From assembly GCA_002104905.1 (NCBI GenBank), contig MCFE01000548.1, forward strand, positions 1 through 59,632: DNA of 59,632 nt, written 5' to 3'. A program made the translations under genes and the position numbers. The notes under the pieces are model-generated. The model was not told where the DNA came from. It saw only the letters and a program-made list of their open reading frames with translations, and made no database searches. Source of the DNA: Basidiobolus meristosporus CBS 931.73. Lineage: Eukaryota; Fungi; Basidiobolomycota. Shown piece after piece: positions 36,280 to 51,282 of this stretch (position 1 is its first letter; the number at the start of each line of letters is the position of its first letter).

Positions 36280-39200
36280 ATGAGTACCGCCATTTCCGCC
36301 CACTCTAAAGCGTATATAGCTGAGTTGAGGAAAAAGTCCACAATACAATTCGACTCCAAATACCCGTTGAAGTCCTGGATAGTCTCAGCCAACAAGCTGT
36401 ACGACCAGGTATATATATTTGTTCCTATAGATCTGTGGTCATCGGCTCGTCTTTCTTCAAGTAGGCAGATTACTCACACACCTACTCTCTATTTTCATAG
36501 GCAAAACTCGCACATGATGCCGACGACCTTGAAGCTGCCTATATCTATTTTCTGAAATCTACAAGGTATATAGAAGCTAGTTTTCTTCAGAAAACTTGCA
36601 AGTATCTAACCTCGAAGTATGCAGCATTGTCATAGATTATATACCAAAGCACAAGGAATTCTCAAAGTTCGCCAAAAGCGAAGCATATATTCAATTGAAG
36701 AAGGTAGGGCATCTTTTGTGCGCTACGACACTCTGCTATGTTCTCACTCGATATCTATTCTAGAAAATATTTGAGGCTATTCCGGTGTTCGAATCGGTCA
36801 AAACCAAGCTTGAAAATAGCCTCACAATCAAGCCAGCAACCATCAAGAAAGTTGGTCTACAGAATCCGCGGAGTAGCGTTTCAGAGACAAATGTAATCTC
36901 TGGCCACAATAGCCATGACAAAGACTCCCCAATCTCGCTATCACACATCCAACCACCGCAATCATTATGTGGCTCTGGTAGACCCGTAAATGATATACAA
37001 GGAAATTTAATTGGACCAATGGATAAGGGAGTCCCACCCTCCAGAAATTCCAAATCCTTCTCTGCCCCGAATCCCACGACCATTACTCCGGACGTGCTTC
37101 ACAAATATTTAACAAAAAAGGACGGTGTTCCGTCACTGCTAATTTTGGATGTTCGGCCCAAGGCGGAGTACATGAAGGCCCATATTCGGGGCAAGTATAT
37201 CGTCAACATCGAGCCGTTCACTCTTCGGGAAGGGTTAGTAAAGGGTTCGTGCCTCCAACTTCAACCGGAATTAACCTTTTTTCCAGAATCACATCCTCGA
37301 AAATCGAAACCGCGCTGGTTCTCTCATCGCAATCCGAGCAAGATCTATTCCAAGACCGAGATAAGTTCGACCTTGTGGTAATTTACGACCAGAGCTCCAG
37401 GGCACTAGACCAAAGAGCACTTTTGCACAACGGGAATGTGCTGGAAAATCCCTTGCAGAAATTAGTCCACGCGCTCTACGACTTCGATTTTACCAAGAGG
37501 ACGAAGATCCGGCCTATTCTTTTGGTTGGTGGTTTTGACGCTTGGTGGGATGCCTTTGGTCCTTCCGGGTGTATTACTCACACACCACAGACTGTAAAAA
37601 AGTCCAGGACTGGGTCTATTTCTAATGACCGCCAAATCAACACGAGGTACACACAAAAGCTTAACCTCTTCATTTCCAATGAAACTAAACCGTGCACTTA
37701 AACCAGGTTGCTTGGGTCCACTGCAATTGTTCCAAGGCCTGTAATAGCCAGAAATGTTATTGATTATGTATGGTTTTTTTTGTTGTGGAGTATCTTGACG
37801 AACATTTTTCTAACTCCAACGTTTTCTTTATTTGTCCTACAGTTCCAAATACGAGCTTCGTCTGCTCCACAATCCATGGTTTCCTACGATTCTTCCAGGA
37901 CGGTCAACGGAGGCTTTGGCTCAACATTTGGTTATATTCAACCGAGCTCGGATATTCAGCAGGTTACCGCAGGCTCATCCACCGCCTTAGATATATATCA
38001 GCCTCAGAAGCCTTCAGAACCTGTAGGAATGCAAGTTCAGGATGGGGCTTCTGGTACCAAGAGACGCAACACTTTTCTAGACAACCCATACTATGGATTT
38101 ACTACTACGGGTAACGAGTTTGGTAGTCCACCTGACCCTAGGAAGCTACTACCGGAAGCACCAGTGCCGAGTGTCATGACACCATTGATACCTCAGCAAG
38201 TATCGGAAATGCGTTTAGACCTACCCGTCTTCCAATCTTCGGTTAAAGAACTTGGCTCTGTACGCATCGGTACTACAGGGCTGAAGAACCTTGGAAACAC
38301 ATGCTTTATGAATTCCATTATTCAGTGTTTAAGCGGGACAATCCCACTGGCCAGATACTTCCTCGATGGAAGCTACAAGCGACACATCAACAAAACCAAC
38401 TTCCTCGGCACAGGGGGCGTGCTGGCAGAGGCATTCGGAAATTTAATCCGGGTGATGTGGAGCGAACAGTACAACTTCGTCTCTCCGGTGACGTTCCGCG
38501 AGGCGATCGGTCGGTTCGCAGTGCAGTTTCGGGGAAATGAGCAGCAGGACGCGCAAGAATTCTTGGCGTTTCTCCTGGATGGACTTCATGAAGATCTGAA
38601 CCTGATAGTGACCAAGCCGGCCACGTCCGATGAAGACGACGACGAATACCTGGAGAGACTACCTGAAGAGGAGGCCTCGGCGCTAGCGTGGGAAAAGTAT
38701 CTTCTGCGCAACTCCTCCATTATCGTCGGGTTATTCCAAGGCCAATTCCGATCCCGTTTGCAGTGCACCCATTGCCAGCACACATCCACCACATACAATG
38801 CGTTTATGTATCTCTCTCTACCGATTCCAAAAAACGCCGACACAGTTACGCTTCACCAATGCCTGGACGAATTCGTACGCGAAGAAATTCTGGACGGAGA
38901 CGATGCCTGGTTCTGCTCCAAGTGTAAGGAGCACCGCAAGGCGACCAAACGCCTTACGATCGCGAAACTTCCGGATGTTCTGCTCATTCACATCAAGCGG
39001 TTCTCTTTCAACGGACCGTTCCGAGATAAGCTGAACAACATGGTCACTTATCCCCTTCGAAATTTGGATCTGTCCCAATACCTGCTACCTTCCGCTAGTC
39101 GATCCTCCTCTCGTTATGACTTGTATGGCGTTTCAAACCACACCGGAGGCCTCAACGGCGGCCACTACACGGCACATATCAAGAATGGCTACCGTAACCA

Positions 39201-39303
39201 ATGGCAGTATTTCGATGACAGCAGGGTGTCGGCATGCGACGAATCCAAAGTCAAGTCCAAATCAGCGTATATCTTGTTCTACGTGCGGAATGCGGTCAAT
39301 TAA
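36280..39303 (+). CDS. DOA4: Ubiquitin-specific protease, USP8/Doa4 type (N-terminal dimerisation, rhodanese and USP domains)
   Basis: LLILDVRP (rhodanese); Cys box GLKNLGNTCFMNS, QQDAQEFL, His box YDLYGVSNHTGGLNGGHYTA, FDDS. Confidence 0.95.
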
Positions 39304-39671
39304 TTGTGACTGTGACCGTGACCGTAGCCGTAACCAAGCCTGATGCTTTCCCCTGTATCTGTACACTACACTCGCCCACACAACATCGCGGCACCTACTC
39401 CACCCTTTAATCCACTTCGTTTTTTCTTTGTTCATTTATTCCTTTACTCCATCGGTGCCGTCCCATTAACAAGGTAGATTTGTCTGCATATACTTAAGTA
39501 AAATCACTGAAACATCGACTAGCTCAATGGTAACATGGAAATGAGAGGGGGGGGACATCCAGCGAAATGATTGCAGTGGAAGGGGGTCGTTTAGAGCACG
39601 ACATGAATATTACATCAAAAGGAATCGATCCGTTTCTTGCCCAGGAATGCATCTCCTGCGAATGCATGTGT

Positions 39672-40665
39672 CTAAGAGTTGTTCAACGAAGAGGTGGGCA
39701 ATCCCAAGGAAACCTGGAGCGGTGCGGAGGACTGGAAAAACGATGATCATGAGCATACGGGTACGCGTGAGCGTGATGCTGCGATCTTAAACCACTTACC
39801 TTGGCGAACGTATCCAACTGCAGGTCGATCTTCTCCAAGGCGAGCTTCTTCTCTTTGTTCAATTTGATGAGTTTTAATTTCAGCGCCATCAGCTCCTTCT
39901 TCTCCGCGTCGAGCCTGTCATAGAACGAAAGACTCAGCAACGGGGTGGTGGATTGGGGGGTAACACGGCCCCACCCTACCTTATACGCTCCAGTTGCTCG
40001 AACTTCAGTCGGTTGAGCATCCTCAAGTGGGAATCCTTGGGTTCGGTTAGCTCACCGCTTGCTTTCTCCAGAAACTCCGATTCCGGGACCAACTCCAAAT
40101 CCTGGTAAATAGAACTTTACCCGGGTGAGTCTAGCTGCACGTACAGAGGTCGCGACGGGAAACATGAGAGGTACGTACTCAAAAGCTTTGCACTTTGAAA
40201 TCTCCTGCTGCAGGTGTTGGCGTTCGTATCGCAGGTTCTGCAAGTCCAGGTTTAGACGGTCCAATTCCTGCTTGGAATCGGTGGTCGACGCTTTGATCTG
40301 TCGAGTGTGCGTATACGCTCTTCTGTTAAGCTCTTTCAGGGAAACAAACAAAGCGGATGCATCCTCGTAAAACGCGTTCAGCTTCTCTTTCTACACGGAA
40401 GGTGACCCGAGATCGAGTCCGAATGAGTCAAAGTTTACGAAATGTACGGGTTGGCCCAAACTTAGGCTAAACGGTTTCTAACCTCGGCTGGGTCTTCTGG
40501 CTTTTCTTGCACGATTTTCCTCTGTTCTAACAGTCTTACTCCAAGCTCCGTCAGCTGTTTGCATGTCTTCGATAACTCAGTGATGTGAGTAAGCGAGGTG
40601 TCCACAGTCCCGTTACTGTGTGTTCCATTAGTAAGTAAAGATCCTGTGGGAATGTCAACCTCCAT
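39672..40665 (-). CDS. THOC5: THO complex subunit 5 (FMIP) N-terminal domain protein, multi-exon
   Basis: LFVSLKELNRRAY...KQELDRLNLDLQNLRYERQHLQQEISKCKAFE; MLNRLKFEQLER; splices to SSAPLQVSLGLPTSSLNNS*. Confidence 0.82.
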
Positions 40666-40957
40666 TTTGCTACTACACTAGTGACTTGAGCAGACGGCGT
40701 AAAAGGAGAAAGAAAACCTCGAGCCCGGTTAAACTCTGGATAAAAAGGATTTGGGAGGATTCCCTTGAAATCCTCATCGCGACAAAAATTGATCCCCTCT
40801 ACCATGGTATTCCACATTTAGACGAGTTAATCAAGTTCAACTTCGATTCCTGATTAACTGCTATCATGAATTTGTCTGACAATATGACATAGACACTCGG
40901 AACACGTCCCTTGAGCTCTACATAGTTTCGAGCCCATATAGAAGTTGCCCTTGCGAA

Positions 40958-42002
40958 ATGGTTCTTTCAACAGAACAATGGAAAAAGGTTTGTGACGCTC
41001 ATTGTCACCCTCAAGACGATGTACTTCGACTTGAAGCCATAACACAACTGAAAACCTCTCGACTCGCAGTGATGGGAACAAAGGTGGAGGATTGGCGGGT
41101 CGTGCAAACTCTAGTGGGCATTTGTAAGGCAAACCATGTGGAGGGAAAGGTCGTCCCTTGCTTTGGTAAGTTTTGAAATTACGAGAGGTGAAGAGAACTT
41201 CCTCAGATAGTGAGCTCGCCTTCATCATATAGGTATTCACCCGTGGTATGCACATTTATATCAATCCCCAAACCAGAGAGAGGGTGGGTCACCAACAAAT
41301 CATTACAAGGCAGTCCTGACCTCGAAACACCAGGCGGATGTGGACTCGATTGCTCCTTGCCTACCTGAGCCTGTGAGCTTCCAGGAATGGTCCAGACAAC
41401 TGCGTCGTATCCTGCTCGACCATCCTAGAGCGTTAGTGGGCGAAGTAGGTTTAGATCGTTCAGCCAGACTCCTGCCACCAGGAGCAACCCATTGGCATGG
41501 CGTAATACCTACTACCGTGCAAAGCCAATATACACATCAAGTGGAGATCCTGGAATATCAATTGGACTTGGCAATGGAGCTTGGACGAGGAGTCAGTCTC
41601 CATTGCGTTCAATCGTTTGGAAAGATGCTGGACATGCTGACCAGAAAGACGCGTGAGATGGAAACGGATCGCATAACACAACCATTCAACATTTGCTTTC
41701 ATTCTTACGGTGGATCAGTAGATATGCTGAGGTCGCTTCTGAAACTTCGAACCGCCTCGTTGAACATCTACTTCTCATTCTCAGTGGCCATTAATGGACG
41801 GCTAGGCACACGGCTGACCGATCTAATCAAGGCAGTGCCGGATGATTGCCTGCTAATCGAATCAGACTTGGCCTCACCAAGAGAGCTGGATGATTTCATG
41901 GAGGAGATTGTGGAAAGGGTGTGCTGTGTGAAGGAGTGGTCAACTGAACAGTGCCTGGAAACGACCGAGGCGAACTGGATAAGATTCAGCAATGGAGGTT
42001 GA
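40958..42002 (+). CDS. TatD-family deoxyribonuclease (Scn1-like)
   Basis: DAHCHP, GIHPWY, VGEVGLDR, SLHCVQ, FHSYGGS, LIESD motifs across three exons. Confidence 0.92.
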
Positions 42003-42637
42003 GGAAATCCATATTTTACTGAAATAAAATGGCTCAGGTGAATGTTAATACAAATACTGATCATATCAAATGAAAACGATAGAGGTGAATTACATAAGGT
42101 GGCTTGTCTATGTCGTGAATTGGTGGTGGTTTGGTGGCTATTATCTATTACAAGAGGATCAAGGAGAATTCTGCCAACAACAGTAAAAATCCAAAATTAT
42201 TGATGACACTTTTGAGCATGCCTCCACCAGTAGGCGTCCTCCAGATTTCCTGACTTCGAATTCCTGGGTGACTCGTAAGCAACCCATTGTCCGCATTTAT
42301 GACAGAGTGCTTCCTTCAGACCCGTTACAGCGTGGATTCGTGTTTCAACTGGGGACGCAAATGGCCGACCAGTATTTGAAGAAATCCCGTGTTGATAATT
42401 TAGATGATACCTGCATTCGCAATGATGGGCATATCAATGGATTGCTACCAAGAGAATGTCTGATGCTGCACGTACCAATATGCACTAGTCTTGATTTTCA
42501 ACCACAGACACCGATCTTTACATAGGGGACATAGACCTTCTTTCGCTTTACCTACTCCACGAACCCATAGAGGTGTGTAGCTTGGGATGTGATAGTCAGT
42601 AAACGGAGCAACCCAGGTTGGCTAAACAAATACTAGC

Positions 42638-45448
42638 TTACATGTCACCCTCGAATCTAGGAGGCTGTCGATGGGGCTTTGGTTTGTCAGCCTCTAGCAA
42701 TATTGCAGGTATATCATTGTCCGAAGGCTCTCCAGCATCACTACGAAGAGGTGTCGACTGATTTCCAAGATCACGAGGTAACGGTGAGTGGCTTGAGCCC
42801 CCTAGCCGTGGTGAACTCTGGTTACTATCAACTGCACTGTCTGGGCTAAGCTTAATCTTCGGTGGCTGCTCATCATCAGTTGAAAGAATATCCTGCTTAG
42901 AATCTTCGGGAACGGTCAGATTATGCTTCTGGTCAGCACGAGGCATTGTTGGACTAAGATTGAGTAGGGTTTGGTTGATAAGTGCTGTAACAAGCGGAGA
43001 TTGTGATGGTTTGGCTGATTTCTTTGCTCTCTTGGATTTAGCGCGCCTGTTGGGTTCAGGTGAATTACGCTTGACTGGTGAGTATTCAACCGCCTTCTGG
43101 TACATCTTTGACGAAGAGATAGAGTTTGCTGGTGGTGACGACAACGATCTCTTTCTGGGGGGACGTTTCTTGAACTCTAGATCTTCGCCCGTTAAGATGC
43201 GATTATGATGTGGGCTTACAGAACCATGCAAAAGACCAAAACCTGACAACTGCTCCTTTGCCCTGGTAGGATGTAAAGCAATGTTTTCTGCTCTACATTC
43301 TAAACACGACCATACAGGCCCATCCACCCGCAGCATAGTATGGCTCTCACACCCCAGATGATAGTGAGCTTGGCATGTACGGCACGTTGCCAACTGCCCG
43401 TCCACTCGAGGATTAATTGGTAGATTACACGCGCGGCAATTGAGTGCTGACGAAATTTGACTGGAAAAAGACCATCGTGATGGGTTCCTGTTGATGAATG
43501 TTGTCATTGAGGGCAGCTCAGGGCTAAATTTCAAAAACTTCTCAATGATATCCTCTTTGTTCTGGCCATGCCCTGATATGGAAGGAAGATCCTCCAAAGT
43601 GGACTCCAGTACCTCTAAGCCTCCGGTGTCGTATAAAGCAGTCAAGGCATCACGTATCTCATTCAAAAGCATGTTAAGTCCTCGATTCTCTTGCTCAAGG
43701 CTAGCGTATTTGTTTTGAATCCGGGTTTTTGCTCGATCCATCTGATGTATTGAATCGTGAAGGGATCGCAGCATATCTGATTGCCGTCCATGAGTTTGTT
43801 CCAAGCAATGCATAGCGTATTGGCGTTCTGTTGGAAGAAAAATGAGTCTTAGGCTTAAATCAAGAAAGATCATGAATATACCAACCTTCCTGGAAAAGCG
43901 CATATTGGTGCTCAAATTTCTCGAGCAATCCAACCCTTCGACTGTCATGAGATGAGGATGATAAACCACCCTACGAATCAATAAAATCAATCATGTTGTC
44001 TACATTGCTGTATGAAGTTATCGTATTACCATATGTTTTGAAGCCTCTAATAGCATATCCAGAGAGTTGATTTGTCGAGGTCCACAATCAGAGTTTGGAG
44101 TTGAAACACGCTCGTACATTCCTGGCCCATTCAAGGTTTCAGTAGATCTACTCCCCTCAATGCCTTGCCCCTTGGCCCGCCGTATTTTAGGCTTGTGTGC
44201 TTTGGGTTTAATTCGGCATAGTTCCGTCATGGGCAAAGCGATCAAACCTCGAGGTGGACTACCATGTGTTTGCTCATAATCATTCAATCTTCTTGACCAT
44301 TCAGCCCAGGGATTCATCTTGGTTCAGTATTAGCAAATCACTGTAAGCAATACAATAGCAAGTAAGACGCGTACCTGAGGAACCGCTCGAAATCCGTGCT
44401 CCTTACAAAATGAAAAGTATGGCTCCTGTCCAGGGTTAAGCTTTGATGTATCGACCACTTCCTCTAATAGGTCCCAGGCCTGTGCACAAGTGGCGTGGAA
44501 AAATTTCCCGCATCCGTTAGAATCGCAGGTCTGTTTGTATAACATTGAAAGTTAGTTTAAATCCCAATCCATACATACTACCTATGCACTTACAAGACAA
44601 GCGCCCAGTTTGGAATCATTGGGGTTTGTACAAATAGAACATTGCTGGAAGGAAATATACATGAGTTTTGGTGAGCTGTAAAATAAAAGAAACTGAGTAG
44701 TACTTTTCCGAATCGGTCTTGTTTTACTCTGCTCAAACTGATACCTCGCAAGTGATCCGAGTCTGCAATGTCTATCTCGGGAAACCACAAAGCACATACA
44801 ACATGAACCCAGGCATCGTTGTGGTTGGTGGGTTTCATTGCTCCACCTTTGATCGGGCATAAACTACATTTCTGGAAACATATTAGAAGGCACTTCCAAC
44901 GGAATCTCAACATATTTTCTCCAACTTACAATTTCTAGGCTATTTGGCGATTTACATCTGTCACAAAACCAAGGAATCTCTTTTACGGAGTCGCCTTCAA
45001 GCCCGTAGCATTCTGAGGAAAATTTATCAGATATTAAGAATACGATAAGTGGTCGAACTTGGGAAAAGCTACCTTCATGAACACACACATCGCAAGTTGG
45101 CGAAGCGCAATATAGAAGCTCATTGCCTTCATTGGAGCCAGTATCCAGACATATACAGCAATTATCCGGCTGCATCAAGGCCTGAAATAAATGAAATTGT
45201 ACTTTGTTATAGCGAACGTAATCGCACCGCATGATAAAGCTTTCTTGACTTACCCAATCTGTTAGGAAAGAGAGCCACTTGGGCTCTACACCTTCAGGAG
45301 GACGCGCTGGATCCAAAACGGATTGGTTATTAATCGATACCGCTGGAACATTTGTACCAGCGGAATCAACGATTCCAGACATATTATGTGATAGACCGTT
45401 ATTGAAATTAGAAGGAGAAGAAGGCAAGCTTGAAAAAGAGACGCTCAT
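42638..45448 (-). CDS. PHD-Zn knuckle-PHD (PZP) chromatin reader with coiled coil and an additional C-terminal PHD-like finger, multi-exon
   Basis: CCICLD...YCASPTCDVCVH...WFCDRC; CSLCPIKGGAMKPT...WVHVVCALW; CSIC...CGKFFHATCAQ; later CRAC...CRTCQAHYHLGC...WSCLEC. Confidence 0.85.
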
Positions 45449-46684
45449 AAATCTAAAGAAAATATAACAGTACGGCTACTAAGGAGAAGGACTTATTTGT
45501 CAAATTTAACAAAGAAGTGAGTATTTGTGTGTAGACCTCAAAGGCGAAAGGAGACTGAGGTAACTAAATTGACGTTTAGAGAGGACTATGTTAAATGGGA
45601 TTTAATGATAACCTAAAGAGCATTCACAGTCACTAATAAAAAGTCAAAGAAAATGCACATCCAACTTAATCAATTGGATGCGTGACCAGAGAAAAAAGGG
45701 AATTCTGAAAGAAAAAAATCAGACAAAATTGTAGTATTAAAAGAGTGAATTGAAAAAGGGAGCCAATCATATTGGATCGACCTGTGGAATGAACGCAGTC
45801 CCAAGAAACAGTACAGTCACCACCACTCATTCCTTTATAAGAATCACATTAATTCGTCAGTATAAGAAAAGTCACGAGAAATCGGCAGACGTCGCCAACA
45901 CCACGATGTCCAATCCAAAGACAGAAATCGAGCAAAATATAATGCTTACGAGCGAGAATATTAACCATGCATTAGGTGACCACGTGTTCGCCTTGTCTGA
46001 ATGCCTATAATTATTGAGGATTGTACACGTATTACTTTATTGGCCTTTTTGCTTCATAATATTGATCTTTATGCTTAAGCTCATGCACACTCTGACGGAG
46101 ATGAAACTGCCCCTAGGCCTATATTATGCTCCATCCCAATCTCAACATCACCATCCTAGATCACCCATTATCTAGTTGTTTCCATTGGCCCTCTGGCCAA
46201 GTACACAATTTCTTGATTGGCTGGGGGTAAAATGACCGTGGATTAGGGATTAAATTTCATCCATTATGCATGCCTTGCAAGCTCTGTGTTAGAAGAGGAT
46301 TATAATTGAGCAATATAATTAGCAGTGTATTAACTGGAGTAGGGTGATATGCATGCGTTCTGATAAGAATTATTGGATGCCATAATCCAAACTCATTCCA
46401 ACCTCGTTTGCTTTCATGAGGACAAGTTTGGTTTGTGGTAATCGATGAATCTGCACGATCTTCTCAGTAGCATGGTTAAATCACGTGATATGCTTGGATT
46501 AATGTCATCAACAGTTGTGTTATTCCAAATCATAACAAAACATCCAAGATGTTGTTATCTCTGATTGGCGAAGGCGGTCTGTTTGTTTACGAATAATGAG
46601 AAATTTAAAAATCATTCATTCATGGTATAATATCTCGACTTCCTCTCTTTACTTGAATATCTTTATTTTTTCTGACCGTAGACA

Positions 46685-49460
<2,776 letters not shown>

Positions 49461-49968
49461 TTCGACTTTTCCAATACATAGTTTAATTATTTGTACAAAA
49501 TGTTGATAAAATAAATTCCATATGAGGTTTGTGGATTATTGTCAGTACTACTATCATTCTGATTATCCATGTTATCCCAGTCATAGCTTAACGGTGTCGG
49601 TTGTGCTACCATAGACAAGATAAGATAAAGTGGGAGATTGAGAGGATTCATCCGCAGATTCCCAATCATAGAGATTGACCACCTTTGCCTGGGAAGATGC
49701 GCATCGTGACTTGTTTCTCTGGATGGCAATTCCCAAGCCTGCGCACATTGTGAATTTATCCACACTAGGCACGGCCATTGGTCCGCAAGGGGTCGGTGGA
49801 TGTGTGTAGTTGGTTTCCAACATCGGATTATTTGGGGAAGTAGCAGGTAAAACTCAACCATAGAACCTGATTTCGGTGAGAATTTTTGCAGGGTCCGGAT
49901 CAAACGCCAGATATAAAGGTGGGTTTGAGGGGAGATTATGAGGGGAGATTACTTGTTTACCTGTAGCA

Positions 49969-50880
49969 ATGGGTGAATTCGAAGCCTTGGATGCGGATCT
50001 CATCTTCAAGAACAATTTTACCACCATTCTCATAGCATTTGCATTCCCAATCGCGATTCAGGGAACATACCGATCTATCAAGATAGCGTTATCCGAAACT
50101 CTACTGATATATAAGCTGAACCTTTTTCAAAGCTCATTGCTCCTGATCAATGTGGTGGTAGACCTTGTGGCAGTGTTCTATCGAAAGCATGATTGTCTTT
50201 TCCAATTCTACCTGTATCAGGTGATATCGTACTGTGCCTTACTGTTGATCTACTGGATCTTATTCCTCAAGGCCTACTATGCCAACAAATCCACCAAGTT
50301 CATTGGCTTTGTATTCGTAATTTGCCAACTGGCTCGATTGGCCGGTATGGTGCAAACAATTCGCTCTTCTACAGTGTTCCGAGAGTCAATTGGAGTGTGC
50401 ACCGTAGAAAGTGCCGCGAAATGGTCGCTACTGCTGTTGGTGTCAGAAACGGTGATTGTGCTGTTTCTAAGCTTTATGTTTATGAAGAAGATCTTGACCC
50501 AATCCGACTACATCCCTTCCAAAGCGTATGCCATGCTGATCAAGCATGGGTTCGCCCTTCCAGTGGTGATATGCATTGTGAATATCATCTTTTCCATTCT
50601 GATGTTTAGTAAGATTCCGGCCATCACTGTTGAACATTTGCTGCGGATAGGGTGTAAGTGAATACGTCTTTCCTTGGTCTTTTGTATCAACTAACTTCTT
50701 TCAGGGATCACGAATGCGTGGCTCATCATGAAGCAGAGTGAGCATTCCTATTATCTGCACAAAAGGGATCAGGTCTTTGAATCGTCCAATTTGCAAACTG
50801 CTGTTATGAGTGCGAGCCAGCAAGACCTGAATGCCAAAGATACATGGGACCTCTACTTGGGAGTAAAGCATCCCGTGTGA
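49969..50880 (+). CDS. Multi-pass (6-7 TM) membrane protein of unknown function, 286 aa
   Basis: Repeated hydrophobic helices; intron 50654-50704 (GTAAGT...CTAAC...CAG) gives an in-frame second exon WITNAWLIM...KHPV*. Confidence 0.72.
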
Positions 50881-50962
50881 GCACTACTAGAACCACTCAA
50901 TATACGAAGCATCCCGCGTGAGCGCTACTTGAACCACTCAATATACGAAGCATCCCGCATGA
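50866..50962 (+). repeat. 41-bp minisatellite, about 2.4 copies
   Basis: AAGCATCCCGYGTGAGCRCTACTWGAACCACTCAATATACG at 50866 and 50907, partial copy at 50948. Confidence 0.9.
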
Positions 50963-51269
50963 ATTTGATTACCATTGCTACACTGCTTGGAATACCCTAT
51001 ATACGACGGGTGCGCCTGCTAGTGTACGACCATCCCAGAGGGCTGATACGGACTTGGCGCACTAACGTAGACTTTGAGCCGTCTGCTCATACTGCTTTCC
51101 ATCTGGATTTGAAAATATCAAGTTGGTATGGATGCTTGCATAATATACTCTATGTCGGATCAGGCTTACAGCCAATAGAATCTATATAATATACTAGAGT
51201 CTGAGACCAATAAAGCGTTCAGTATTGGGATTGGTGGCGAGTTTGACAACATTGATACGGATAACTATT

Positions 51270-51282
51270 CCTAACCCTAACC
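51270..51282 (-). repeat. Short interstitial telomere-like seed (CCTAACCCTAACC on +)
   Basis: About two CCCTAA units, in the opposite orientation to the TTAGGG junctions farther right. Confidence 0.4.

Noticed and set aside
49487-49903. 138-aa minus-strand ORF
   Set aside because: No recognisable motif; it occupies the MCM3 terminator and 7TM promoter interval and is probably spurious.
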